Source of the DNA: a virus
Taxonomy: Duplodnaviria; Caudoviricetes
Reading direction: 5' to 3' (one strand)
Length of the DNA stretch: 59,648 bases
Virus record (IMG/VR): IMGVR_UViG_3300017761_004576
Coordinates: 1-59,648 of that record
Shown: piece by piece, positions 47,652 to 57,046 of the stretch
Numbering within the stretch: the first letter of the stretch is position 1
Layout of the letters: every line of letters starts with the position of its first letter
Made by a program: the position numbers and the translations under genes
Notes under the pieces: model-generated
Told to the model about the DNA's origin: nothing
What the model saw: only the letters and a program-made list of their open reading frames with translations
The model's database searches: none

Positions 47652-47668
47652 ATGTTGCAACGCAACAT
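47652..47668. promoter_or_regulatory. PhaR-like operator palindrome
   Basis: ATGTTGC-AAC-GCAACAT upstream of phasin-like pair. Confidence 0.55.
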
Positions 47669-47747
47669 AAATAATGTTACAATAGATCAACAAGATGCTG
47701 CATGGGGCGGGTCTTGTGTCTACTAACTCGCTGTCAAGGAGAACACG

Positions 47748-48053
47748 GTGATCAAGCAAGCAAGTCTAACCATAGACACAATACAAAATGGTAAAAAACA
47801 ATTTATCGACAAGTACATTGATAATCCAGTTTTGAACAAGGCCTGGCACAACTTTGTGGCCAAACAAACGGCTTTTTGTCAAGCCGCACTGGAAACTCAG
47901 TTGGAAATGGTATCTGAAGTCAGCAAAACGCTGATGGATACCAAAGTACGCAAATTGGTAAACCCATTCAACATTGACTGGTTTGATGCTGGCTGGGAAG
48001 CCCTGGTTCAACAAAACATAGCCGAAACAAACAAGGAGAAAAAAAATGTTTAA
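47748..48053 (+). CDS. Phasin-like helical protein
   Basis: IDTIQNGKKQFI amphipathic helices; paralog of next gene. Confidence 0.5.
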   Translation: MIKQASLTIDTIQNGKKQFIDKYIDNPVLNKAWHNFVAKQTAFCQAALETQLEMVSEVSKTLMDTKVRKLVNPFNIDWFDAGWEALVQQNIAETNKEKKNV

Positions 48054-48309
48054 TTCTGTAATCGACGCAGTTCAAACTGCACAAAAAACTTTTGTCAATA
48101 CCGTTGTGACCAACGAAGAAATTGCCAAGCCCATGGTCCAAATGATCGATAGCCAATGCGAAACAGTGAAGTTGACTGGCAAGGCCATCCTGGATATCAC
48201 CACCACCATGGCATCGGCCACTACCGCAAAAGTACAGGAAGCAATGAAGTTTAACTTTACCAAATACGCTGACGCATTTAAACCAGCCACTGCTGCCGCT
48301 AAAAAGTAA
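48046..48309 (+). CDS. Phasin-like helical protein
   Basis: IDAVQTAQKTFV, Ala/Thr/Lys-rich amphipathic helices. Confidence 0.5.
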   Translation: MFNSVIDAVQTAQKTFVNTVVTNEEIAKPMVQMIDSQCETVKLTGKAILDITTTMASATTAKVQEAMKFNFTKYADAFKPATAAAKK

Positions 48310-48385
48310 TACTTAGGTACTACTTATTGATAACCCTGCTTGATGCAGGGTTTTTCTTGACCAGAATTAGCCGATCTGCTATAAT
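48304..48385 (+). promoter_or_regulatory. Palindrome + terminator + early promoter cassette
   Basis: AAGTAATAC-TTAG-GTACTACTT; AACCCTGC-TTGAT-GCAGGGTTTTT; TTGACC-17-TATAAT. Confidence 0.8.
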
Positions 48386-48391
48386 TTGGGT

Positions 48392-48625
48392 ATGAAAACA
48401 AAAATTGATGAAATATTACAGTGGTCCGGAGCAGTGTTTATCATTGCTGGTCACAGTCTCAACGCCGTGGGCCCTGAAGCCTACCCCTGGAACATTCTTG
48501 CATTTTTTGTGGGCACCGTATTGTTCATGGCCTGGACAATACGTGTTGCAAACAAGCCACAGTTCATGGTGAATATTGTGGCACTGGCTATTGGAGCATC
48601 TGGATTGTTCAAGGCATTTGGTTGA
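48392..48625 (+). CDS. Small 3-TM membrane protein, leaderless
   Basis: YPWNI motif, three TMs; ATG 6 nt after TATAAT. Confidence 0.65.
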   Translation: MKTKIDEILQWSGAVFIIAGHSLNAVGPEAYPWNILAFFVGTVLFMAWTIRVANKPQFMVNIVALAIGASGLFKAFG

Positions 48626-48650
48626 CCAGAATTAGCCAATCTGCTATAAT
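48622..48650 (+). repeat. 29-bp promoter direct repeat (copy of 48357-48385)
   Basis: TTGACCAGAATTAGCC(G/A)ATCTGCTATAAT, 1 mismatch. Confidence 0.9.
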
Positions 48651-48656
48651 TACAAC

Positions 48657-48806
48657 ATGAAAACACTCAGCTTCACTGTACAACTTCCTCGCCAGCGCCG
48701 ACGTGCGGTGGAGTTGTACAGTCGCGACACTCCGTTTAAACCCAAAGTAGAACAGAACCGGACAGTGTACAACCGCAAAGTCAAACACCGAGCTCGAGAT
48801 GAATAA
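48657..48806 (+). CDS. 49-aa ArfA-like basic peptide (not in ORF track)
   Basis: PFKPKVEQNRTVYNRKVKH resembles ArfA FRQRVEKNK..Y.RKGKH; leaderless start. Confidence 0.55.
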   Translation: MKTLSFTVQLPRQRRRAVELYSRDTPFKPKVEQNRTVYNRKVKHRARDE

Positions 48807-49050
48807 ACTCATTACAACTATTCTTGTTATCACAGTCACTGGTTGTGCCGTGCCTGGACCACCAGATTATGCGTCAGCCGCGGCGGCCATGCCCAATGAC
48901 TGTGCTAATAGAAATGCCATTATTCGTTGGCTTGAAACCCAGGCCTCGATACCCCGTCAACCCATGGAATCGGAAACACAATATGCCAATGCTCGCTCGC
49001 AAATTCGCTCTCGTATTTGGGGTGTCCGTTATGCTTGCCAGCCTGTGTAG
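48799..49050 (+). CDS. Small lipoprotein
   Basis: Lipobox VTGC. Confidence 0.65.
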   Translation: MNKLITTILVITVTGCAVPGPPDYASAAAAMPNDCANRNAIIRWLETQASIPRQPMESETQYANARSQIRSRIWGVRYACQPV

Positions 49051-49318
49051 CGGATGTGCAGTACAACCCAGACCTGACCGTGTGCCAATGAGTGTCCAAG
49101 ATCTCAATTGGTTTCAAGTGGATTGTCGTCGCAAGACCGAACAAGTGGCCATGTTGCAGAGTATGAGGCAAACCACAGATGAATTGATTGCATCAAAGCT
49201 AAGATTGGCTACACAACCTTGGACTGCTGGAGCCGGAGTCAATTATGACTATGTGTCAGGCAATCCAAACAATTATATAAACTTTCATTTGAATCGACTC
49301 AAATTATGCCCACCATGA
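48983..49318 (+). CDS. Small lipoprotein
   Basis: Lipobox CSGC; Cys pair like previous gene. Confidence 0.55.
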   Translation: MPMLARKFALVFGVSVMLASLCSGCAVQPRPDRVPMSVQDLNWFQVDCRRKTEQVAMLQSMRQTTDELIASKLRLATQPWTAGAGVNYDYVSGNPNNYINFHLNRLKLCPP

Positions 49319-49875
49319 AAAGATTACTGATGCTTGCACTGCTTCCTGCCACCGTCATGGCTGGCGAATGTGTACTACAAGATCGCACTGTGAGTCGTTC
49401 AACCGTTACCATTGCAGAACGCAGTCTAGTCACCCCCCAGGTGGTGCCCAGCATCAACAACGGTCGGAAATGTATGGTCACATTTCGTGTACGCATTGGC
49501 GCAGACTGGCACAGTGCTCATGGTGAATATGAGTGGCCCGGAGATCGCCCTCGAGAAGAAGCCTGTGCTATGGCAGTGAGTCGTGCTGAGAATTCTGTGC
49601 GTGAACGTGTGGGCCGAACCCAAACTGTGAGTGAAAAGACCATGGTGTGCTCAGATCGCCCAGACCTGGACGCACTGCGCAGTACCAATCCAGGCACTGT
49701 GGCTGAACTGCACCAATTTCGACCACATCCAGACTATCCTCGAGAATTTTGGCATAATGGTGCACCCTGCAGATATTTTTTGGACAGTGCATACGTTCGA
49801 TCGGATGTGCGCACCTTTCAAGGAGTAATCTGCAAGATACATGATTCCAAATGGGTCGTGGTGGACAAATGGTAG
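49315..49875 (+). CDS. Secreted Cys-rich protein
   Basis: Signal peptide VMA-G, six Cys. Confidence 0.65.
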   Translation: MKRLLMLALLPATVMAGECVLQDRTVSRSTVTIAERSLVTPQVVPSINNGRKCMVTFRVRIGADWHSAHGEYEWPGDRPREEACAMAVSRAENSVRERVGRTQTVSEKTMVCSDRPDLDALRSTNPGTVAELHQFRPHPDYPREFWHNGAPCRYFLDSAYVRSDVRTFQGVICKIHDSKWVVVDKW

Positions 49876-49937
49876 TTGACCATGAATTCAATCTGTGTTA
49901 AACTTGTGTTATCGTTAAAACTGTTCAAAGGAACGTC

Positions 49938-50537
49938 ATGAAAAAAGTGTTAGCAATCGTCCCCTTAATAGCTCTTGTGGCCTGTAGTGCAACCAAGCCT
50001 GCACCCATCAGCAATGCACCTGTATTGCCCACCGAGCAATACGACAATCGTGCGGCAATGGCGCAGATCAATCGCGAAGCACAGGTCAATCGAGCCATTT
50101 CGCAAGCTCCTGAGTGGATGAGCAAGCTACCCGAAAGCACCAGTGCAGTGTACGCTAGTGGATCGGCAGTGAGCTCGGACATGAGCATGGCCGACTACAA
50201 GGCCAAACTGTTTGCATTTGGCAATATCTGTATGGCAGCTGGTGGCAAGGTTAGCCAGCAGGCCAAGGTGTTCATGCAAGACACCACAGAAGCCAGCATG
50301 GAAATTTCTGAATTGGCCATCAAGAGCATGTGCCCCAGTGTTGACATCACCGGTGTGGAGATCAAGGAAATCAAACGCACAGCCGAAGGCAGCCGATTCC
50401 GCAGTTACGCCCTGGTTGCCCTGCCCACAGGCGACGCCAATGCACTGCAAACACGCAAAGACCGACTGAAATTGCGTGATCGTGCAGAACAACGCAGTCC
50501 CGACGCATTCAAAGAACTTGATGCTGTTGTACAATAA
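49938..50537 (+). CDS. LPP20-like lipoprotein
   Basis: Lipobox LVAC; APEWM..VYASGSAVS; promoter TTGACC-17-TAAACT at 49876. Confidence 0.7.
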   Translation: MKKVLAIVPLIALVACSATKPAPISNAPVLPTEQYDNRAAMAQINREAQVNRAISQAPEWMSKLPESTSAVYASGSAVSSDMSMADYKAKLFAFGNICMAAGGKVSQQAKVFMQDTTEASMEISELAIKSMCPSVDITGVEIKEIKRTAEGSRFRSYALVALPTGDANALQTRKDRLKLRDRAEQRSPDAFKELDAVVQ

Positions 50538-50542
50538 CGGCG

Positions 50543-50573
50543 TATAAATAAAAGCGGCCTCCGGGTCGCTTTT
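50543..50573 (+). promoter_or_regulatory. T4-type late promoter TATAAATA followed by hairpin
   Basis: TATAAATA then AAAGCGGCC-TCCG-GGTCGCTTT. Confidence 0.6.
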
Positions 50574-50583
50574 CTCACTTTAT

Positions 50584-51153
50584 ATGATCACAGAAACCGA
50601 AACACCACAAACCCACAGCCAGGCTCTGCAAGAAAATGGCATGTATGTCTTCATGGGCGAAGTCAACAATGAAAACATCTCACCCATTGTGGAGTGGGTG
50701 TTGCACGAAAACTTTGTGGTCAAGAAAAAACGCAAAGAATTACTGTTGATGATCTGTTCAGAAGGTGGGGACATGGGTGCTGCCTTTGCTCTGATAGATG
50801 TCATGCGTAGCAGTCTCATACCGATCAAAACAGTGGGCCTGGGCATGATTGCCAGTGCAGGCTTGTTGATCTTCATTTCAGGCTCTCCGGGCAGACGTGT
50901 GCTCACACCCAACACGTCAATCTTGAGCCATCAATTCTCTTGGAGCAATGAAGGCAAGGCACATGAACTGTTTGCCACCATGCGCGAGTTCGAACTCACC
51001 CAACAACGCATGTTGGCACACTATCAACAGTGTACAGGATTATCGGAAGATGAAATTAGAAAGAACCTGTTGCCGCCGCATGACATTTGGCTCAGTGCCC
51101 CAGAAGCCATGAGTCTAAATGTGTGTGATCACATTTCAGAACTTGTACGTTAA
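50584..51153 (+). CDS. clpP: Divergent ClpP-family protease
   Basis: ICSEGG, IASAG (Ser), SHQF (His), HDIWL. Confidence 0.85.
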   Translation: MITETETPQTHSQALQENGMYVFMGEVNNENISPIVEWVLHENFVVKKKRKELLLMICSEGGDMGAAFALIDVMRSSLIPIKTVGLGMIASAGLLIFISGSPGRRVLTPNTSILSHQFSWSNEGKAHELFATMREFELTQQRMLAHYQQCTGLSEDEIRKNLLPPHDIWLSAPEAMSLNVCDHISELVR

Positions 51154-52376
51154 CGGCGGTTTCTTCCCAAGGTGGCTGTGTCAGTTTTAGGTTTTGATTG
51201 GACCTTGGCAGCTCGGGCACCTGGACCGGTCAGTCTTTTCTGCGTGACCTGATCCAGCTGGTCTGTGTTGCCCTGGTCCACTGTGGCAGATGCAGACGAA
51301 GCGGCTCCACTGCCACCAACACCACGAGTGCCTTTGCTCAACGTGACTTTCATTGCATTGCTCTGTGTGTCAGACCAACTGGGAAAAGCAACCACTAGGC
51401 TGTTGCTGGCAGATTCCATGTCTTCGGGCGATCCTATGTACAGGAACTTGGTGATGTTTTCGTCCATGATTATGATACCATCAAATCCCTTGGCTGCTTT
51501 GTACACGTTGAAGCTGGCCTTGAGCATTTCTTTTTTGAGCTCTTGACCATTGATTTGGCCGCCAGATCCTACCACACTGTTGGCAATATTTTTGACATCC
51601 ACACCTTCAGGATAGTGCATTTCCAACATATAGGCCAAGGCAGTCTTGACCTTCTTGGCATCGCCATCAAAAAATTCCGTAAACTCAGACATGTTTTGTT
51701 TGGGGTTGAACACTGTGGGGTCTGGAATAGGTTTGCCTGGCATGAGTTTTGTCAACACAGGTATATACTCTCTTTGGAATCTACCAGCCAGGCTCTGACT
51801 GCCGGCCGGTCCAATACGCCCATTTTTGCCGGCCTTGAGTTCAACCTTGGTGCCGTCAATGTCCAAATCACCTGGAGCTCCGCGACGATTGACCATGGGA
51901 CTGAGAATGTCCAAAAGATACTCGCCCTTGCCTACATCACCCATTTCTCCAATCTTGCCTGAAATGTCAGTAAACACCGGCATCTTGATGGCATTGAACA
52001 CACCTTCGTAGGTTCGATCAATGAGGTCATTGGTGGTGTGGACCTGGCCGGGTGTGAGCAAGCGTTTTTCGTCCAGTATGCCATCGGTACTGAGCTTGTT
52101 AAGAAACTTTTTGATCTGACTGTCAGGGAGATCCGCATCGGCCAACGCTCGTAAAAATACCGAACTCACTAGGTCTTTGTAGTTTCTCAAGGTAGTGAAT
52201 TTTTCCACATCTTTTTTCAGAGTGTATTTTTTGGTAAATTTTAGCACATCAACAAGATCTTGCTCGCCAGGTATCTTGTCAATGCGTTGACGAATAGCGT
52301 CTCGAACTTCGGCAGGCGCTTCTTCCAGGTCCTGGCGTTCTAAAATTTTGGTCAGTCGATCTATGATATCACGCAT
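51150..52376 (-). CDS. PD-(D/E)XK-like nuclease-fold protein, probable head-packaged
   Basis: [20 protein letters not shown]; N-terminal ILE site; C-terminal LGRNRR. Confidence 0.5.
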   Translation of the reverse strand: MRDIIDRLTKILERQDLEEAPAEVRDAIRQRIDKIPGEQDLVDVLKFTKKYTLKKDVEKFTTLRNYKDLVSSVFLRALADADLPDSQIKKFLNKLSTDGILDEKRLLTPGQVHTTNDLIDRTYEGVFNAIKMPVFTDISGKIGEMGDVGKGEYLLDILSPMVNRRGAPGDLDIDGTKVELKAGKNGRIGPAGSQSLAGRFQREYIPVLTKLMPGKPIPDPTVFNPKQNMSEFTEFFDGDAKKVKTALAYMLEMHYPEGVDVKNIANSVVGSGGQINGQELKKEMLKASFNVYKAAKGFDGIIIMDENITKFLYIGSPEDMESASNSLVVAFPSWSDTQSNAMKVTLSKGTRGVGGSGAASSASATVDQGNTDQLDQVTQKRLTGPGARAAKVQSKPKTDTATLGRNRR

Positions 52377-52428
52377 TTGCTTTTTCCCTAAAGATATGTT
52401 ATACTTATGCTTTCAACAAGGAGAACCC

Positions 52429-53016
52429 ATGCCAAATCTAGTACCCATAGTTTTAGAACACACCCAGAAAGGTGAACGCAGTTACGATATCTACAGTAGA
52501 TTATTGCGAGATAGAGTGATCATCATGGACGGTGAAGTTAACTCAGCCACCAGCAGCCTGATCACTGCACAGTTGTTGTTTTTGGAAGCAGACAACCCAG
52601 ACAAGGCCATTTCACTGTACATCAACTCGCCCGGCGGATCAGTCACAGCAGGCATGGCCATCTATGACACCATGAACTTTATCCGGCCCGAAATTCACAC
52701 CATTGTGATGGGGCAGGCAGCTTCAATGGGTTCTTTGTTGGCCACAGCAGGCACCAAAGGGCATCGTTATATCTTGCCCAATGCCAGACACATGATTCAT
52801 CAACCCCTGGGCGGAGCATCAGGACAGGCCACAGATGTGGAAATTCAAGCTCGAGAACTTCTACGTTGGAAAAAGGCGTTGACTGATATCTATGTACAGC
52901 ATACCGGCCAGGACTTTGACACTCTGCGCAATGACATGGAACGCGACAATTTCATGACTGCTGGTGAAGCAGTTGAATACGGTCTGGCTGATAAAATCTT
53001 GGTCACAAGGGATTAA
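52429..53016 (+). CDS. clpP: Canonical ClpP protease
   Basis: [33 protein letters not shown]. Confidence 0.96.
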   Translation: MPNLVPIVLEHTQKGERSYDIYSRLLRDRVIIMDGEVNSATSSLITAQLLFLEADNPDKAISLYINSPGGSVTAGMAIYDTMNFIRPEIHTIVMGQAASMGSLLATAGTKGHRYILPNARHMIHQPLGGASGQATDVEIQARELLRWKKALTDIYVQHTGQDFDTLRNDMERDNFMTAGEAVEYGLADKILVTRD

Positions 53017-53111
53017 AGATACCAGGTACGGCTGGCTCGACTCTTTCTGTACTGATATACAGTTTCGCCCCAGGACACCAGTATTTCAAACACACGATTT
53101 AAAAATTTCAT
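53013..53111 (-). CDS. 32-aa small ORF
   Basis: ATGA-coupled to upstream small ORF; [24 protein letters not shown]. Confidence 0.5.
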   Translation of the reverse strand: MKFLNRVFEILVSWGETVYQYRKSRASRTWYL

Positions 53112-53269
53112 ACTATACTCCGTTGTTGGTCTTGCAGGTACTGGCGTTCCCAGTGTTCTACGTCAGCGGTGCTTTGTGGATGACGATTGGCAATGTACTG
53201 CTCCAGTCTGCTTTGATAATTGCTTTGTGGGAACATTTCGGCCAGGCGTTCTAGTAATTTTTCTAACAT
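53108..53269 (-). CDS. 53-aa small ORF
   Basis: TAAATA + AAAGGA RBS; LEQYIANRHPQSTADVEHWERQY. Confidence 0.65.
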   Translation of the reverse strand: MLEKLLERLAEMFPQSNYQSRLEQYIANRHPQSTADVEHWERQYLQDQQRSIV

Positions 53270-53344
53270 GATTTTTCCTTTGTTGTAGTAATATTTATCT
53301 CGTGGTTTCTACTGAGTACTACTTTGTTACTACTTTTGGGGCGG

Positions 53345-53373
53345 TTGACCAATAATTGCCCAAATGCTATAAT
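53345..53373 (+). promoter_or_regulatory. Early promoter, near-copy of 25023 promoter
   Basis: TTGACCAATAATTGCCCAAATGCTATAAT. Confidence 0.85.
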
Positions 53374-53404
53374 TGTGGCATACAAACAAACAAAGGAGCA
53401 AGAT

Positions 53405-53635
53405 ATGAATCTCAAAATCAAAGCAGCCGCAATCGTGGTAGGTATTTTTGTTGCGGGTTTTGCAATACAAGGTGCGCTGATACTGGCAGCAGAAACATAC
53501 GGAGCCCAGGCACTTCTTAATATTGTGATAGGTGGTATAATGGTGTTTTTGATCTATACAATGTATACCATGGTATTGGCATCGCTAGAACGTGATAAAA
53601 AAATTGACAAATTGTCAAATAAGGAACCATCATGA
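53405..53635 (+). CDS. 2-TM membrane protein
   Basis: AAGGAG RBS; two hydrophobic helices. Confidence 0.65.
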   Translation: MNLKIKAAAIVVGIFVAGFAIQGALILAAETYGAQALLNIVIGGIMVFLIYTMYTMVLASLERDKKIDKLSNKEPS

Positions 53636-53745
53636 ATTACACAATTCGTTGGACTCAACCCCTGACGGGTTGGGAACCCTTGGAATTTGAAATCCGGGAC
53701 TTGACCCAGGCTCGTGCAGTGTTAGCAAGGATCATGGCATTATGA
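53632..53745 (+). CDS. 37-aa small ORF
   Basis: AAGGA RBS; ATGA-coupled both ends. Confidence 0.55.
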   Translation: MNYTIRWTQPLTGWEPLEFEIRDLTQARAVLARIMAL

Positions 53746-54092
53746 AATGGTTTGCTGAGACTACAGAATGGGCCGGTGCCACTGCACCCAACCATGTGTA
53801 CTTGTTGGACGACTCAAAGAGCAAGATGTACGCCTACGTGAAGTTTGGCACAGGCCGTCCTGAAAAATTCAGCAAACCTATTCGCATTGACATCCGTGGA
53901 CGCAAATTCAAGGTCAATCCCGAACAGTACCAAGTTGATGTTGATGCTGAAGTGCCGGAAGGGCGTGTGATTGAAGTGCAAGGCAGCAAGGGTGATGTGT
54001 ACCGGGTGACCGAACTGCGCGGAGAATACTCATGCACTTGTTCAGGATTCAAATTCCGTGGTGATTGTCGACACATCAAAGGTGTGCAATAA
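53742..54092 (+). CDS. SWIM zinc-finger protein
   Basis: CTCSGFKFRGDCRH. Confidence 0.8.
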   Translation: MKWFAETTEWAGATAPNHVYLLDDSKSKMYAYVKFGTGRPEKFSKPIRIDIRGRKFKVNPEQYQVDVDAEVPEGRVIEVQGSKGDVYRVTELRGEYSCTCSGFKFRGDCRHIKGVQ

Positions 54093-54198
54093 CAGTTTGG
54101 CAAAACTGATCACCAAAACATGTTGCATGGTAATACAAACTCATGTATACTTGTGGAATGCTGTATGTTACAGCTAATTTTATTTAAAGGAGTATTTT

Positions 54199-54468
54199 AT
54201 GACGCATTTCAATCCCGAAACTAAGACCTACAAACTGTTTCACGCCATGTACAACGGCGAAGCAGTGAGTGCCAGCCAAGCTGAAAAACGTTTTGGCATC
54301 AAGAACATTTCAGCTGAAGTCAGCCGTGTTCGCCAAGCTGGTTATGCAGTGTATGCCAACAGCCGCAAAGCTGGCAATGGCGTCAAAGTCACAGAGTATG
54401 TGATTGGTAAACCCAGCCGCCGATTGGTTGCCGCTGGTTACAAAGCCATGGCACTTGGTTTGGTCTAA
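54199..54468 (+). CDS. Winged-helix DNA-binding protein
   Basis: RFGIKNISAEVSRVRQAGYAVY. Confidence 0.7.
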   Translation: MTHFNPETKTYKLFHAMYNGEAVSASQAEKRFGIKNISAEVSRVRQAGYAVYANSRKAGNGVKVTEYVIGKPSRRLVAAGYKAMALGLV

Positions 54469-54504
54469 ACCAACTCGCTGTTCTAATCAAACAGAACACA
54501 CCTG

Positions 54505-54562
54505 AAAAAACCCTGCACCCTGCAGGGTTTTTCTTGACTGCAAAATCCCTATCGTGTATAAT
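54505..54562 (+). terminator. Terminator fused to early promoter (leaderless next gene)
   Basis: AAAAACCCTGCA-CCC-TGCAGGGTTTTT, TTGACT 54534-17-TATAAT 54557. Confidence 0.8.
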
Positions 54563-54567
54563 ATATT

Positions 54568-55026
54568 ATGATTAAAAAACTCTTCCGACGCTGGGATCGG
54601 CACCGTGTGATCATGGACCGAGTGCATGACCAACCCTACCTGGAACGCTACTACGTGTTTTTAAAAGATCGCAAGCAATTTCCATTCAATGTGTTTGTGC
54701 ATAAATTTCTCAAGTCAGATCCAGACGATGTACATGATCATCCCTGGCCCTTTCTTACCATAATCCTTCGGGGCGGCTACTATGAGTGGCGTCCGCAGTT
54801 TGACGGCCGGGGCCAAAAGATTGGTGAAATTGCTCGCTGGTGCGGTGCCGGCAGTGTTCGTTGGGCCAGTGCTGACACCTATCACAGAATTGAATTGGAT
54901 CCAGAAGTGACCTGTTGGACCTTGTTCATGCCCGGACGCAAACAACGTGACTGGGGATTCTTGGTCAAAAATCGATGGGTGCAGTGGCAAGATTATTTGA
55001 CCCAGCGCCGAAGTCAATCAACTTGA
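54568..55026 (+). CDS. Cupin-fold protein
   Basis: HDHPW..GGYYE..YHRIEL..WTLF. Confidence 0.75.
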   Translation: MIKKLFRRWDRHRVIMDRVHDQPYLERYYVFLKDRKQFPFNVFVHKFLKSDPDDVHDHPWPFLTIILRGGYYEWRPQFDGRGQKIGEIARWCGAGSVRWASADTYHRIELDPEVTCWTLFMPGRKQRDWGFLVKNRWVQWQDYLTQRRSQST

Positions 55027-55036
55027 AAGTAAATAT

Positions 55037-55444
55037 ATGACAGACATAGGACAGTTTCTCATGGCATTTGGCGACTTTTTGATTTGGTTTGGCTTGGCAT
55101 ATTTTGCGATTACCATAACATCTGGTCTGCTGAAGGCCTGGTTGATGTACCGGTTTGAACAGTACATCAGCCAAGAACTCACATCAGTAGGGCAGGCCTT
55201 GGATGAAGAACGGCTGATTGCACTCACAGTAGAAATTGATGACAATCAATATTTCTGTTATAATTCAATCACAAAAGATTTTGTGTGCCAAGGCTCGGAC
55301 TTGACGGAAATACGAAAACGATTTCGTGAGAGATATCCCAACAAGGATGCGGCCATATATGATGGTGACCAAACAGCAGTGGCCACACTGAAATCACAAC
55401 TGCAAGAACTAAAGAAACAAAATGAAAATAGCATTGGCATCTGA
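55037..55444 (+). CDS. Membrane-anchored hypothetical protein
   Basis: N-terminal TM; FVCQG motif. Confidence 0.65.
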   Translation: MTDIGQFLMAFGDFLIWFGLAYFAITITSGLLKAWLMYRFEQYISQELTSVGQALDEERLIALTVEIDDNQYFCYNSITKDFVCQGSDLTEIRKRFRERYPNKDAAIYDGDQTAVATLKSQLQELKKQNENSIGI

Positions 55445-56255
55445 CGTACACCTAGAATTTGGTGACCTGGACTTTGACAATACAGACAACGCTGATGTGT
55501 TGATCCTGGGCGGTGACATATGTGTGGGTTCAGACATGGCCCAGCGTGATCCCTACAACACCATGGGCGAAGAATATCGTAGCAATCGATTCCATGCATT
55601 CTTTGAACGATGCTGTGATCGTTTTCCTCATGTGATTTTCGTTGTGGGCAATCACGAACACTACAATGGTGACTTTGTCAAGACTGTGCCACACATCAAA
55701 GATGTACTGGGTTATTTGACAAATTTGCACATCCTGGAGAAAGAAACTTTTGTGCTGGATGATGTCACGTTCATTGGCGGTACCTTGTGGACTGACATGA
55801 ACCGAAGAGATACCAGGACCTTGCATGCAATTTCTGGTATGATGAATGATTTTCGATGTGTAAGCAACAGTGCCAAACCGGCGGATCAACGCGGATGGAA
55901 CGGCCGTTTTACTACCACAGACGCCGCAGACGATCACGACGCCATGGTAAAATATATCCGCTTGATGATCGAAGGCAAGTGGGATCAGAAGTTTGTGGTA
56001 GTGGGGCATCATGCACCCAGCAGGCTCAGCACACATCCACGCTGGGCCCATGAAGCCATAATGAATGGTGGCTACAGTTCAGAATTGGATGACTTTATTT
56101 TGGACCATCCGCAGATCCGATTGTGGACACATGGTCACACACACGAGGATTTTGACTACTGCATTGGCAGCACTCGAATCCTGTGCAATCCAAGAGGTTA
56201 CATCAACTATGAAGAAAGGGCAGACACATGGCAGCTGAAAACGGTAGAAGTATAA
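55422..56255 (+). CDS. Calcineurin-like metallophosphoesterase
   Basis: SDVH, GGDI, GNHEHY, GHHAP, HGHTH, NPRGY. Confidence 0.9.
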   Translation: MKIALASDVHLEFGDLDFDNTDNADVLILGGDICVGSDMAQRDPYNTMGEEYRSNRFHAFFERCCDRFPHVIFVVGNHEHYNGDFVKTVPHIKDVLGYLTNLHILEKETFVLDDVTFIGGTLWTDMNRRDTRTLHAISGMMNDFRCVSNSAKPADQRGWNGRFTTTDAADDHDAMVKYIRLMIEGKWDQKFVVVGHHAPSRLSTHPRWAHEAIMNGGYSSELDDFILDHPQIRLWTHGHTHEDFDYCIGSTRILCNPRGYINYEERADTWQLKTVEV

Positions 56256-56437
56256 AAAACTGGTTGCGTTATTCGGGATTCAGTGTTATAATACTAGGGA
56301 ATCCTGTTCATTGGAGTGTGCTGCCTTGGTGGCGACGCGAAGCCAATGACGGATGGCCCAGTCCCAACGAACGCACATACAGTGTGGGCTGGATTTTTTT
56401 AACCTTGAGAATATGGATTGATGATGGAAGCTGGTAA
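56228..56437 (+). CDS. Small hypothetical protein
   Basis: Fills gap in operon; Trp-rich. Confidence 0.45.
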   Translation: MAAENGRSIKNWLRYSGFSVIILGNPVHWSVLPWWRREANDGWPSPNERTYSVGWIFLTLRIWIDDGSW

Positions 56438-56630
56438 CACAAAAACTCGTTTTGACATGGAACAAGAGATCATGCAGGCCTGGCAAGTGCTGGAGGATAT
56501 CCGAATGTTGAGTGCCCGCGAAGGCACAACAAAAGCAGACTGGGACGCAGTGACTCGACTGTATAACATACGTTTTGAAACCTTGTTTGAAACATTTGAA
56601 CAAATGATCAAAGATCGCGTGATATTGTGA
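56418..56630 (+). CDS. Hypothetical protein
   Basis: RFDMEQEIMQAW..YNIRFETLFETFE. Confidence 0.65.
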   Translation: MMMEAGNTKTRFDMEQEIMQAWQVLEDIRMLSAREGTTKADWDAVTRLYNIRFETLFETFEQMIKDRVIL

Positions 56631-56824
56631 TGCGCAGAATGAGCCTGACCCGCCGCCAGTGGGAACAGGTCAGCGTGTGGGTGGCCTTGAATCAACAGGT
56701 GAACGAAGTAGAAATTGTGGAATCAAAGACCACGGGCATTGGGCTTGATCACACTGCCAAGTTCTTTCACAAAGAACACATACTGTTGAGTGAGATGGAC
56801 ATAACTGATACGTCAACTTGGTAA
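56627..56824 (+). CDS. Hypothetical protein
   Basis: GTGA-coupled; TTGIG..DITDTSTW. Confidence 0.6.
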   Translation: MMRRMSLTRRQWEQVSVWVALNQQVNEVEIVESKTTGIGLDHTAKFFHKEHILLSEMDITDTSTW

Positions 56825-56833
56825 GGATTTGAT

Positions 56834-57046
56834 ATGAATGATAAATTCAAACAGTTGGCTCTCGAGGCCAAGATGGCGACTGCTGACTTTGATGTAGGCT
56901 CATACTATGTGGCCACGCCAGACCGAATGCAGAAACTCTGCGAATTGATTGTGAAAGAGTGTGCCCGACTTGCCGATGAAGAAACAAGTTTGCCATATGA
57001 CTCTTACGGCGAAAAGATTAAACAAAATTTTGGAGTTGATGAATAA
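56834..57046 (+). CDS. Conserved small phage protein
   Basis: KQLALEA..ELIVKECA..IKQNFGV. Confidence 0.7.
   Translation: MNDKFKQLALEAKMATADFDVGSYYVATPDRMQKLCELIVKECARLADEETSLPYDSYGEKIKQNFGVDE

Noticed and set aside
52964-53254. Plus-strand 96-aa ORF
   Set aside because: Two minus-strand small ORFs with RBS, TAAATA and ATGA coupling explain the region better
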